Source: Octopus vulgaris
Taxonomy: Eukaryota
DNA: 64,000 bases
Direction of reading: 5' to 3'
NCBI GenBank assembly: GCA_951406725.2
Contig: OX597825.1
Coordinates: forward strand, 78,492,001 to 78,556,000
How positions within the stretch are numbered: position 1 is the first letter of the stretch; each line of letters begins with the position of its first letter. Position numbers and translations under genes: made by a program. Positions 26,485 to 39,888 of this stretch are shown piece after piece. Below the pieces are notes generated by a model, which did not search any database, had not been told where the DNA came from, and saw only the letters and a list, made by a program, of their open reading frames with translations.

Positions 26485-27343
26485 GACATGCCACGTGCGT
26501 CACCAACATGTAGGTCTCCATGTTGAATCTGAAACCATGTGGGAAGATGAATGGAGGTATAACGTCGCCATCACTAGTGATCACATCAAACACCATGATA
26601 TTGACTGCATGTTTGATTTTACCACACTCGAAACATGTTTTGAGGACATCGCAAGCCAACGGTTGTTCCGTACGTTCACCACCCGACCCTGGCAGAAATT
26701 TTTCTAGACTGATAAAAGCCAAAACATGTTCGGTTGGAAGGGAGGCTTGAGTTTGTTCAAATGCTTCGTAGCGCGATCTTGCCTCCTGTCCTTGATGGCT
26801 TGCGATAAAAATTGGCCCTTTTGTCATCTTGTATGAGAAATGCCAAATGTCTTCATGCACTACTTACTTGATAAGAAACTCAGACACTTCCATGTCCCTG
26901 TCGATGGACCTGATTGACTTGGAGGGATCGTTGTCAATCATGGCCTGAATCTCACCAACAAATTCAGGAGTTCTTTCCTTATCAGAATGATCAGAGTACG
27001 TTTTCCGAGCTGCTGTACCTTCGTAATCACCATTAAACTCATCCAACTCTTTCCAAATCCTCTGTACTCTCCTCAGATTGACACCCAAACATTCTGGAAT
27101 GCTCGTATTGGTGCTTCCGGCGCGAATGCTCGTATTGGTGCTTCCGGCGCGAATGTTCGTATTGGAGCTTCCGGCGCGAATGCCAAGCAGTACAGCATGT
27201 GATTTCCAAATTTCTGGCAGAATGAATTGCGTCATGGTGTTCTCTTTCTCATTATACTGTGTGGTCGTCAAAATCAAAAACAAACAATGCACATGCGCGA
27301 AATAACAAATATAAAATGGCGACAATTTACCCATTGCACCCTG
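26485..27343 (-). mobile_element. 5' part of a Tc1/mariner DD37D (maT)-like transposon
   Basis: Terminus CAGGGTG on the minus strand at 27337-27343. Peptides LGVNLRRVQRIWKEL, IDNDPSKSIRSIDRDMEVSEFLI and KHAVNIMVFDVITSDGDVIPPFIFPHG; the last is homologous to the peptide at 42126-42569. Confidence 0.85.
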
Positions 27344-27453
27344 TGTGTAAGTGTGTGCATGTATGTGTGTGCGCGCGCGCGTGTGTATGTGTGTCTGTTT
27401 ACATGAAATTAATAAAAACAGCTGTTTGCAACGTTAAACCGTAATGGAAAATT

Positions 27454-27650
27454 ATAGTCGTCAACTAAACTTGACTAAGGCTGTGTATGACACCTACATT
27501 GCTAGAAATAGAAGCTAGAGTCTCCAGTGCTGTTACAAAGCACATAAGATATACTGATATGGGCTGCAATCGTTTTGTATCAGCACTGGAGCACTTTCTA
27601 ACAATGTAGGTGATATTCACACCCTTAGTCAAGTTTATCTGACGACTATA
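27454..27650. repeat. Inverted plus direct partial copies of the 3' end of the 28180-28418 hammerhead element
   Basis: 27454-27570 is the reverse complement of 28301-28418. 27581-27650 is a direct, internally deleted copy ending CTTAGTCAAGTTTATCTGACGACTATA. Confidence 0.8.
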
Positions 27651-27713
27651 ATTTCCCTTTACGGTATAACGCTGCAAAGAGCGGTTGTTATTAATTTTTT
27701 GTATACAGCTGCA

Positions 27714-28126
27714 GGAGTGGCTGTGTGGTAAGTAGCTTGCTAACCAACCACATGGTTCCGGGTTCAGTCCCACTGCGTGGCATCTTGGGCAAATGTCTTC
27801 TGCTATAGCCCCGGGCCGACCAATGCCTTGTGAGTGGATTTGGTAGACGGAAACTGAAAGAAGCTTGTCGTATATATGTATATATATGTGTGTGTGTATG
27901 TATGTGTTTGTGTGTCTGTGTTTGTCCCTCTAGCATTGCTTGACAACCGATGCTGGTGTGTTTACGTCCCCGTCACTTAGCGGTTCGGCAAAAGAGACCG
28001 ATAGAATAAGTACTGGGCTTACAAAGAATAAGTCTCGGGGTCGATTCGCTCGACTAAAGGCGGTGCTCCAGCATGGCCGCAGTCAAATGACTGAAACAAG
28101 TAAAAGAGTAAAAAAGAGTAAGAGTA
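27714..28126 (+). mobile_element. SINE family B (tRNA head, CORE-like domain, stem-loop tail), full length
   Basis: Box A TGGCTGTGTGG, box B GGTTCAGTCCC, CORE-like CTTGGGCAAATGTCTT, internal microsatellite, tail CAGTCAAATGACTG then (AAAAGAGT)n. Confidence 0.9.
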
Positions 28127-28220
28127 TATTAGCTATCTGCTAATTCCACCTTTCATTTTTCAGGTGAATATATATATACTCTGGTAGGCCAGGTAGTCTG
28201 GAATCAGCCACCCGAGATGG

Positions 28221-28272
28221 CCTTACTGAAGATGACTACGGCAAAAGCCGAAACTGAACGGTCAGTCTAAGG
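28221..28272 (+). ncRNA. Type I hammerhead motif with full helix III
   Basis: Stem I CCTTA/TAAGG, core CTGAAGA, stem II region TGACTACGGCAAAAGCC, GAAA, helix III CTGA-ACGG-TCAG, GUC triplet (28265-28267). Confidence 0.75.
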
Positions 28273-28411
28273 AATTCTCGGTTCGGTGTTCGAGGCGACT
28301 GGAGCACCCATGAGAGTATATGTTACGTGCTTTGTAACAGCATTGGAGCATTTTAGCCCCTATTTCTAGCAACGTAGGTGTTATTCACACTCTTAGTCAA
28401 GTTTAGTTGAC

Positions 28412-28450
<39 letters not shown>

Positions 28451-28540
28451 TAATCCAAACAAGAAAACACAGAAAAAAAACACAGCAACGCGAGGACGTG
28501 GAACATTTAAAGTATTATTTGACGCTCAGGAAAGAAGGAA

Positions 28541-28649
<109 letters not shown>

Positions 28650-28729
28650 TGCACATATATAATAAAATGTGACAACAAAAGAATGAGACTTCGCTATTAG
28701 AGAAATAGAAGATTATTTACGTATGTCAC

Positions 28730-28960
28730 AATTTAGAACAAACAGTGAAATGTTGTCATTATAGTATTCGGAGTTTCTAATGTCCCAGCGAAAAGCTACG
28801 ATGCATTCTCATCGGCTATGAATAGCAATAGATGCTATGAAGTACCGTTAAATAAAAGGGAAGTAACTCTAATTGGTAGAAAGGGAAAAAAAATAAAAAT
28901 ATACACTCCACCATAGTCTAACAATAGTCATAAACCTCCTGCGTTCACACCGTCTAAATA
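28730..28960 (-). mobile_element. Old repeat with decayed hammerhead-like core; inverted partner at 30190-30425
   Basis: The reverse complement aligns over ~230 nt with 30190-30425. Minus strand CCGATGA-GAATG...CATTA-GAAACTCCG; partner CCAACGA-GAGTG...CATTC-GAAACTCCG. Confidence 0.6.
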
Positions 28961-29107
28961 CGTACACATTGACGCAAAAACATGTATACGTACGTAAGAA
29001 AAAATACTGTGTCCGGTGCATGTGTGCGACTTTCATGCACACGCACCTTTCATTTATACGGATATGCATATGTTTGTATATATGCGGGTATAGCTGTGTG
29101 GTGGGAG

Positions 29108-29143
<36 letters not shown>

Positions 29144-29238
29144 ATCCAAACATGAAAACACAAAGAGAAAACACAACACGAGAACGTGGAACAAGTATAG
29201 TGTTATTGGACGCTCAGGAAAGGAAAGAAAGAAGGAGG

Positions 29239-29273
29239 GTTTAACGTTTCGAGCGGAGCTCTTCGTCAGAAAC
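29239..29273 (-). ncRNA. Ultra-minimal 35-nt hammerhead motif inside a ~200-bp element (29140-29345)
   Basis: Minus strand GTTT-CTGACGA-A-GAGC-TCC-GCTC-GAAACGT-T-AAAC. Further family copies at 28449-28540 (3' part) and 33352-33440 (core mutated to CCGAGGA). Confidence 0.8.
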
Positions 29274-29421
29274 ATAGGAAAAGGAAAGATCCAAGGAAGG
29301 GAAGACGGAGGAAAAAAATCGCTAACGATGCACACGCGGTCACACACACATATATATTATACATATATGTGCGTGAGTGTGCATGCGGGAGTGCGAATAT
29401 ATGCCTGTATATATATATATA

Positions 29422-29487
<66 letters not shown>

Positions 29488-29491
29488 TGTA

Positions 29492-29725
29492 TCTGCGACG
29501 ATTTCATCTTAATCGAAGGAGAGGAGCTTTCTCCGTCCGGGTTGCGGATCCGTGGAACAAGCTGCCAGACGATATGGTGAAGATGCCGACGACCGCTTTG
29601 TTCAAAGTCTCCCTTGACCTCAAGTGGCCTGAACTCTTTACATGAACACCACCCTGTACTTAACTCCATGTCCCCCTACATGACCTTGCTATTTGCTTTT
29701 GAGCCAAATTAACTAACTAACTAAC
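29492..29725 (+). mobile_element. 3' end of a CR1/L2-group LINE
   Basis: [42 protein letters not shown] matches the FSxRVxxxWNxLP..V......FKxxLD C-terminus. Short 3' UTR and (AACT)n tail at 29711-29725. Confidence 0.85.
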
Positions 29726-29729
29726 ATAT

Positions 29730-29971
<242 letters not shown>

Positions 29972-30479
29972 CGTATATATATATAATCTACCTATATTTA
30001 TATAAATCTAAATATATATGTTGTTACTTGTTTGCATGTAAGCACCTATGTATATGAGGATGTTGTTGCTTACATATCTATATCTATATCTATCTATATA
30101 TATATAAACATGCATGCGTGTGTGTGTAGATATGTGTGTATGTATGAGTACGTACATACATATATGTTTGTGTGTGTAAGTGTGTACCTAAGTAGACGTT
30201 GTAAACGCAGTAGATTTATGTCTATGTATTGTGAGATTATGGTTGCGAGTACATTTTTATATTTTTTCTTTTTCCACCTATTAGGGTTAATTCCCTTTTA
30301 TTTAACGGTTTTCCATAGCGTCTGTTGCCTTTAATTACCAACGAGAGTGTATTGTAGCTCTTCCCTCCGACATTCGAAACTCCGAGCACTATAATGACAA
30401 CCTTTTTTCTATTTCTTCTAAATTATAACACACACACACACAAATATTCATACACACAATTATATATATATATATATAT

Positions 30480-30758
30480 CTTTCACTTTCACGTGACCAA
30501 CCAGACCATCAGATGTGCTCACAATGCGTTCGCATTGTTTTAGCCTTCGAATGACGCCACCCCGCTGGCTAAGCGAGCAGGCCAACAGAAGAAAGAGTGG
30601 GAGAAAGAGTACAGCAGGGATCACCACCCCCTGCCGGAGCATCGTGGAGCTTTTCAGGTGTTTTCGCTCAATAAACACACACAACGCCCGGTCTGGGAAT
30701 CGAAACCGCGATCCTACGACCGCGAGTCCACTGCCCTAACCACTGGGCCATTGCGCTT

Positions 30759-30760
<2 letters not shown>
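30480..30760 (-). mobile_element. SINE family C (tRNA head type 1)
   Basis: Minus strand GGAAGCGCAATGGCCCAGTGGTTAGGGCAGTGGACTCGCGGTCGTAGGATCGCGGTTTCGATTCCCAGACC; same head as 55545-55633. Confidence 0.85.
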
Positions 30761-30836
<76 letters not shown>

Positions 30837-31465
30837 ATATATAAGTATGTATATATATACACACATACACAATTATGTATGTATATTTGTATATATAGAC
30901 ACACAATTATGTAAGTATATATATATATATATGTATATATATGTACAATGTATGCATTATATATATGTGTGCATACGCATGCGTGTTTACATATGCATAT
31001 GCATACACTAATATAGATACTCGTATACACACATATCTAGATATATATACACGTCTTGTTTTTCTTACATTGTCGCAAGATATTCTTTGCTTACAAACAT
31101 CTCTCTCTGCTATTTATTATTTTTCTATTACTATCCATGCATGTTTGTTTATTTCGGTAGGTATAGTTTACCCCTTCTCCTTATAACACGTCTTTATTTA
31201 CCGTTCGGTCTAGAGACCTCATTTTTCTTATTATTATTGTACTTGTATCATTTTCCTATTCGTGTTCGTTTTTCATGCGCGTTCATATTTACTCCCAGAA
31301 GCTTATGTTGCTGACACTGCCAAAGTGAATAATATTATTCTAAGTGTCAAAATTGTGATGACATTTGGTCCATAACTGTTGTGAGTGTCTGCGTTCATTT
31401 TGTGTCTTTTTTTAATGTTTTTCTTTATCATCCTTTGTCGTTCAGCTGTGGTAATAGTGGGGGAA

Positions 31466-31509
<44 letters not shown>

Positions 31510-31510
<1 letters not shown>

Positions 31511-32075
31511 TCTTTTACTCTTTTACTTGTTTCAGTCATTTGACTGTGGTCATGCTGGAGCACCGCCTTTAGTCGAACAAATAGACCCCAGGATTTATTC
31601 TTTGCAAGCCTAATACTTATTCTATCGGTCTCTTTTGCCGAACCGCTAAGTTACGGGAACGTAAACACACCAACATCGGTTGTCAAGCGATGTTGGGGAC
31701 TAACACAGGCACACAAACACAAACACACACACACACACACACACACGCACGCACGCATATATATAAACATATATACGACGGGCTTTTTTCAGTTTCCATC
31801 TACCAAATCCACTCACAGGGCTGTAGTCAGCCCGAGGCTATAGTAAAAGATACTTGCCTAAAGTGCCACGCAATGGGAATGAACCCGGAACCATTTGGTT
31901 GGTAAGCAAGCTACTTACCACACAGCCACTCCGGCACACATACGACGGGCTTCTTTCAGTTTCCGTCCAGTAAATCCACTTACAAGGCTTTGATCGGCCC
32001 GAAGCTATAATAGAAGACACTTGCCGAACCACGTGGTTGAGAATCAAGTTCCTTACCACCCAGCCACTCCTGCGC
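31510..32075 (-). mobile_element. SINE family B, full copy plus adjacent partial copy
   Basis: Reverse complement matches 27714-28126. A second head lies at 31940-32075. Confidence 0.9.
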
Positions 32076-32521
32076 CTATATATGTGTGTCTTCTCCTCTC
32101 ATGCAATCGTCCAGAAATTTAGGATTACAACTGAATAAAAAAAAGAAAAGGTAAAACAAATCCTTTTCATCTGATCATCACTTGAATGGATCAAGACTTT
32201 GAAGGGTTTTGGTATTTTTGTTTTTTCGTTTTGATTCCTGATTTTTTTTAAACAAAAAACATACCCTAACTACTTTGTTTCGAGAAATGGGATTAATTCA
32301 GAAAGAAAGAATATCAAAAGATGCGTGTTTGTAAAGTGGAACATGTTAACGGATTGCCAAGAATATTACAAAGAAATAGCCAAACATTAATTATCTTCGA
32401 GACTGAAGACTTGCTGTGGTTATGTAGCCATATTCCAGCAAGACTTAGCAACTTGATCCTTTCAGCTACGTATGGGATTGTGTTAGCGTTTTCATCTGTA
32501 ACGGATTTCCAAATGCGACCA

Positions 32522-32612
<91 letters not shown>

Positions 32613-32735
32613 CTTCTTCTTCTTCTTCTTCTTCTACCCTCCTCTTCTTTCTTTCTTCTTCTTCTTCTTCTTCTTCTTCTTCTTCTTCTTCATGCTGTTG
32701 TTGCTACTACTTCTACAACTCGCACTATCACTATC

Positions 32736-32818
<83 letters not shown>

Positions 32819-32840
32819 CATCATCATTATTATTATTATC
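32522..32840. repeat. Compound (ACT)n/(TCT)n/(TAT)n microsatellite
   Basis: Seen directly; it explains ORF 32321-32980. Confidence 0.95.
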
Positions 32841-33456
32841 ATTACCCTTTTCTTCTTTTTCATCTTAGAACTAACATTATTATTCACCTTCTTTATCATC
32901 ATCATCACCATCAGCATCTTTATTTTCTCTCTTTCTCTCTCTCTCTCCCTCTGCCTCTTCTTCTCTCTGGATATCTTTAAGAAGATTAATGGAAGATAGA
33001 CTCAACAAAGACTTTACCAGTCAGTAAACATACACAGAAAATATTTCTAAATGACATTAAATGATTTCACTTAATGAAAAAAATTTTCTGGCAAGCAATG
33101 ATATCTGTCTAAGATGAACAACTGTAAAACAGTTTACTGATGAGGGCACCAAATGTACGAAACTACCTGATGCAACGTTTTCAGTTTATTTTCGACAATG
33201 TGATAGGTTTATTTAATAGTCGGTTCCATTTTTGAGTGCGGTCTGCCTGGCCGTTTACACTTCAACAAGCGTCTACCAGCTCTTATACACTCTAGTAGGC
33301 AATCTACCTCCTCTATAAGAACTTCATATTGCAGGATAATGAAAGGAGTGAGTTTAACGTTTCGAGCATAGCTCTTCCTCGGATGGAGAAAGGCAAAGGT
33401 CCAAAGAAGGAGGAGAATGAATCACCAACGGATCACGTGTAGCTATACATACATAC

Positions 33457-33515
<59 letters not shown>

Positions 33516-34659
33516 GTATTATTCACTTGTGCGCATGTGAGGGCATAAATACGTATGAAGGTATTAAAGGATTTATGAATTGCCATCCAAGAGTTCTTGT
33601 TATTACTATATCAAGGTATATATAAATATGCACACACGTGTAAACATACGTGAATACACAGACACAAAATAGGCTTCTGTACAGTTTCCGTCGATCAGAT
33701 TCCACACACATAACCCAAAGTTACAAGAAAAAAACATTAGCCCGAGTTATAGTGATGTAGGATTGAACGTGGAATTATCTGGTTTACAAACCAGTAGCTT
33801 AACCACACAGTTACGCACCTAATTTCCTCGGACCTCATATTATGATATTATGAAATACTAACTCCAGGCCTGGCAAGTTTCCTTAAACATTTAAATCTAT
33901 TTTGATTATGGCTTCAGAAGAAAAGTAATTTTTCAAATCGTTAAAAACAATCTCTAATTCAAGAATCGAAATTAATTGAAGAAATTTCGTAAATCAAAAT
34001 TATAATGTAAAAAAAAACGGAACGAAAGTTGAATTTGTTGAGAAAGAGTTTAATCATAAAATACGGTCTTCGTTTCGTTCCATCTCAAAGACAAAAAGAA
34101 GCCAACAATGTCTCGTTTATTTTTTGTTCTCTAACAATTAATACGCTTTTCCATTAATAATACAATATAATTTTTATTCAGTTTAAATGAATTTTGATTT
34201 AGTAAATAATTATTTCAATAATAAACAAGATAATTTTCACGAATTTTTTTGATTGTTTTTTTTTCTTTCTTTACAAAATTAATATTCATCCAGGATAACA
34301 TTGTTTTGTTTTTGGTTTATTTTTTATTGTTTTTTGTGGGGGGGAGGCTTAGATATTTATTCGCTGAAATTATAAACAAGGCAATCAGCTCTTCTTTAGA
34401 TTCATCGGTCCGAGTATTCGTGACTGACGAGACACACCATGTCTGAACACCGGCGCCTCAGAATCCCCTGTACGAATCAATCGAGTGAGTTGTTAAAGCT
34501 TATTCGTCGTATTCGTCGTATTATATTGTAAAGGAACACAGAAAGATACAAGGAGAGAAAATAAAGACTGTGTAGTGGCTAGCGATCTGTGTGTGAGTGT
34601 GTGTGTGTATACATATGTATATGTGTATATATATCGTGTTCGTACTCATTTTGCCCCGC

Positions 34660-34945
34660 TGCTTGGAATTTTATTTTAATTCTTTCGCAGGAAGGCCTAG
34701 TGGATTAGTGTTCTGTCTTGCCTTCGAAACATGCTTGAGTCTACTAGCGACAGCTGATGACGGGGTTTTTTTCCTTGTGTAGCACGTCCTGTAACTGTTT
34801 TTTTCGTTTTCTTGTTTTTTGTTTTTTTGTTTTTCCCGTTTCTACGTCTTATTGTGGTGTCCTGTACTCACGTATAATTATTTATATATGCATGTATATA
34901 TACATGAAGATGTAGGTACGTACATATATGTTTGTATGTATGCAT
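34660..34945 (+). mobile_element. Unclassified interspersed repeat; second copy at 53850-54160
   Basis: TGGAATTTTATTTTAATTCTTTCGCAGGAAGG...CCTTCGAAACA...CAGCTGATGA...TTGTGGTGTCCTGTACTC is shared between the two loci. Confidence 0.75.
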
Positions 34946-34959
34946 ATATTTTTATTTAT

Positions 34960-35006
<47 letters not shown>

Positions 35007-35019
35007 TCTCTTTTACTCT

Positions 35020-35219
35020 TTACTTGTTGACTGTGGCCATGCGGGAGCCTTTGTCACCCAATGAGCCTTTAGTCGAGCAAATAGACACCAGGACTTTTCT
35101 TTGTAAGCCTAGTACTTATTCTATCGGTGTTTTTGCCGAAGCGCTAGGTTACGGGGACGTAAACTCACCAGTATCGGTTGTCAAGCGATGTTGGGGGGGG
35201 GACAAACACAGACACACAA

Positions 35220-35306
<87 letters not shown>

Positions 35307-35468
35307 TGTATACGACGGGCTTCTTTCAGTTTCCGTCTACCAAATCCACTTACAAGGCTTTGGTTGGTCGGAGGCTATAGTAGAAGACACTTGCCCAGGT
35401 GCCACGCAGTGGGACTGAACCCTGAACCATGTGGTTCGTAAGCAAGCTACTTACCACACAGCCACCCC
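35020..35468 (-). mobile_element. SINE family B
   Basis: Reverse complement matches the 27714 copy. Internal (CA)n(TA)n at 35220-35300. Confidence 0.9.
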
Positions 35469-35821
35469 AGCGCCAACATACGTATATATATATATATATA
35501 TATATATATGGAGTGGCTGTGTGGTAAGTAGCTTATTATTAGAGTGATTTCTACAGTGTCCATTTTTTTAAAAATCTTTGTTCGACATGTTTCTGCTGTA
35601 TGGATATCTTATTATGCAGTGATAATTTGCACCCTGCAGGTTCATCTGCATCCAGATTTAATCCTGCCTACAAAACGCATCTACGCAGCTTTATTCAAGG
35701 TGTTGCTACAATTAAAGGTTAAAGCGAACGGGAGTATAACGGTTTAGACTAAACCGTTATACTCCAGTTCGCTCCAAACTTTATTTTATTAGACGGAAAC
35801 TGAGAGAAACCCGCTGTATAA

Positions 35822-35856
<35 letters not shown>

Positions 35857-36264
35857 TACTCCTGTTGATAACCGGTGTTGATGTGTTTCCGTCCCGGTAA
35901 CTTAGCGGTTCGGCAAAGGAATCAAATAGGATAAGTATCAGACTTCGAAAATATAAGTTCGGAGCGTCAATTTGTTCGAGTAACCGCTTTAAAGCGGTGC
36001 ACCAGCATGGCCACCATCCGGTAACTAAAACAAGTAAAAGGTAAACGAAATTCACAACAAATATCTAAAACCAAAACATAATACAAAATACCTAATATTG
36101 GGGTCATGCACCATGGCACAACCCACAGTACCACAAGATCTATCTTGTACCTATGTCGCTTATGCGTCAGGCAAAAGACAGGTCCTGTGAATTTCATGTG
36201 AACTATGTCACAGTTACACAAACACCGCTTACATGTGTGTGTGTGTGTGTGTCTGTGTGTCTGT

Positions 36265-36321
<57 letters not shown>

Positions 36322-36565
36322 TTTGTGTGTGTGTAATAATTGTTTCTGCAGAGAGTTTAAATGTATTTTCAAAATCCAAACTATTAATTATTATGTCTTA
36401 TGTTATAAACATTAGATATCATGTAATATATATGAAAAAACACTTTGGTAAGCATCCTGTATAGCTTTCCAGATATTCATGTGTATGCATCAGCAACCTG
36501 TATGAGTAATATATACATATGTATGTATATATGTATATATATATGTGTGTGTGTGTGTGTGCAAG

Positions 36566-36627
<62 letters not shown>

Positions 36628-36639
36628 TGTGTGTATATA

Positions 36640-36716
<77 letters not shown>

Positions 36717-36894
36717 TAATAATAATAATAATAATAGGGAGTATAACTCCAAACTTACAGGGAAAAATTCAATTTAGTATTAAATCAAATTTCACAGTAT
36801 AAATACATAAAATATAAAATATGAATTAGAGATAAAACTACTATTATGCAACTCAAGCAGTATATATATAGAGAGAGAGTGTATATATATATAT

Positions 36895-36975
<81 letters not shown>

Positions 36976-37059
36976 AAGAGAGGTAGAGAGTATATATATA
37001 TATATATATATGGATATCTACTTATATAAATAAATGTTAGTTTCAAATTTTCGTATAAC

Positions 37060-37228
37060 ACCACAAATTTTAGCGGAGGGATAAGTCAACTGATACTTAT
37101 TTTATCAACCCCGAAAGGATGAAAGGCAACGTTGACTTTGGGGGAATTTGAACTCAGAACGTAAAGAAGGGTGAAATGCCGCTAAGCATGTTGCGCGGCG
37201 TGCTAACGATTCTGCCAGCATGTCGCCT
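37060..37228 (-). mobile_element. SINE family A, diverged
   Basis: CCCCGAAAGGATGAAAGGCAAC...GGAATTTGAACTCAGAACGTAAAG...GCTAACGATTCTGCCAGC. Confidence 0.85.
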
Positions 37229-37262
37229 CAATGTAGATTGATAAAGATATATATATATGTAC

Positions 37263-37295
<33 letters not shown>

Positions 37296-37982
37296 TGTAT
37301 GTATGTATGTATTTATGTATGTATGTATGTATGTATTTATGTATGTATCTATGTATGTATGTATGTATATATGCATGTATGTATGTATATATTATACATA
37401 TCTGTAGATAGATTAGATAGATAGATATGTATATATACATATATATAAATATAGATTTAAAAGCATATACGTATACATATACGTATATATCATATATCCT
37501 TAAATATAGAGAAAGAGAAAGGGAAGAGAAATTCAGCATAGAAGACCTTAGGTTGGTGACTATACCTGTTCTCGTGCTGTTGACTGAAGAAAGAACCAGA
37601 CAATTTCTGTACATTAACAGAATTGCTCATTTGCTTCAGAACACTCGAGACGGTGTCGAAGACAGAACGACAAGTATCGAAAAATAAATTTTTGTTCGTA
37701 TCTCTAAGACGAATACAACAGAGGAGAAATGACGGAGAGTATTATACAGGCGATATATTTCTATTCTTTTCTATGCTATATTTTCTGCTCTTTGGTTATT
37801 AGAAATTAGATCGGATATTTTTCCTGCGGTTAAAGTCTGTTGAGCCAGAAACACGGGTCCACAACAATCCCGTTATTTTTAGACAATAAGCTTGTCTTTT
37901 TTCTTAATGGCTTATCAGTTTTAGAGAAAACCTTGATTCTTGATGTTATTTATTCCCTTCAGTTTTAGAGAAAATTTTGATT

Positions 37983-38380
37983 GTGGCTGTGTGGTAAGTA
38001 GCTTGCTTACTAACCACAGGGTTCCGAGTTCATTCCCATTGCGTGGCACCTTGGGCAAATATCTTCTACTATAGCCTCGGGCCGACCAATGCCTTGTGAG
38101 TGGATTTGGTAGACGGAAACTGAAAGAAGCCTGTCGTATATATGTATATATATATGTGTGTGTATGTGTTTGTGTGTCTGTGTTTGTCCCCCTAGCATTG
38201 CTTGACAACCGATGCTTGTGTGTTTACGTCCCCGTCACTTAGCAGTTCGGCAAAAGAGACCGATAGAATAAGTACTGGGCTTACAAAGAATAAGTCCCGG
38301 GGTCGATTTGCTCGACTAAAAGGCGGTGTTCCAGCATGGCCGCAGTCAAATGACTGAAACAAGTAAAAGAGTAAAAGAGT
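37983..38380 (+). mobile_element. SINE family B
   Basis: Very similar to 27714-28126. Flanked by repeated TATTCCCTTCAGTTTTAGAGAAAAT. Confidence 0.9.
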
Positions 38381-38852
38381 ATTCCCTTCAGTTTTAGAGA
38401 AAATCTTGATTCTTGATGTAATTTATTCCCTTCACAAGTGAAGCTGGTCGTGATTGCCATTTGTTTATTAACACACATTTTTCTCGAGGCGGAGATGATT
38501 TTAATAATTAAGAATTTATTATGTTGTATCTTATTCGACATACTTGCATTTATCTATGTGAACAAAGAAAGGGTCAGAACGGAGAAGCAACCCTGTGATC
38601 AGGAAGAATGAAAGCAAACGAGGCAGTGGAATTACAATCATTGGATGACAAAGGCATTGTGGGAAGATGAGAATCACCCACGGCAAAGAGAAGGAAAGGA
38701 AACAGACGAAAAGAAGAGAAGATGGAGTGGGTAGAATGATAAATGGAGAGATAGATGGGGAGATGAAAGGAAGAAAAGGGAGAGAAAGGAGAGATGAAGG
38801 TAGTCAATGAGAGAGATTACGTGGATAAAATTGTTTCTCTCTCCCTATATAC

Positions 38853-38890
<38 letters not shown>

Positions 38891-38899
38891 ATGTATGGT

Positions 38900-38989
<90 letters not shown>

Positions 38990-39088
38990 TGTATGTATGT
39001 ATGTATATGTATATATACACCCACACACAAACGAAGGTGGGCTGAAAAGTTCATAGGGTGATTGTGTACATATAGGCACACATGTTGT

Positions 39089-39136
<48 letters not shown>

Positions 39137-39373
39137 ACATCCCCGTAACTTAGCGGTTCTGCAATGAGAGACCGATAGAGTAAGCACCAGGCTTAAGATA
39201 AAAATAAGTACTGGGCTCGATTCGTTCGACTAAAATTATTGAAGGCTGTGCTGTAGCATGGCCGTGGCATGACTGTAGCATGGGCACAGTACGGCTGCAG
39301 CACTGCCGCGGTACGACCACAGCATGGCTCTAGTCTGATAGCTGAAACAAATAAGCGATAAAAAATCGATAAC

Positions 39374-39452
<79 letters not shown>

Positions 39453-39564
39453 TTACTACCACTCGCGCATAAAAACATAGATTTAGGTATACATACCATA
39501 TATATTGAAATTCGCTCATAAACATTCACACATATATAATACGTTTATATTTGTGCGTGTGCAC

Positions 39565-39596
<32 letters not shown>

Positions 39597-39655
39597 GGGG
39601 GGTGTATATGTATGTGTGGGGGGGTATGTGTATATATGTGTGTGTGTGTGTGGGG

Positions 39656-39686
<31 letters not shown>

Positions 39687-39838
39687 CATATATATACATA
39701 CATACATATACATATATACAGGTTATATATATATATATATATATATAAATATGTATACATATACATCAATACATGCATATATGTGTGGGTGTCAGTGAGT
39801 GTGTATGTGTGAATATATTGTATGTGTATACATATATT

Positions 39839-39888
<50 letters not shown>

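Noticed and set aside
32321-32980. Longest ORF in the track (219 aa)
   Set aside because: Kept open by compound trinucleotide repeats; the unique N-terminal part has no recognisable homology.
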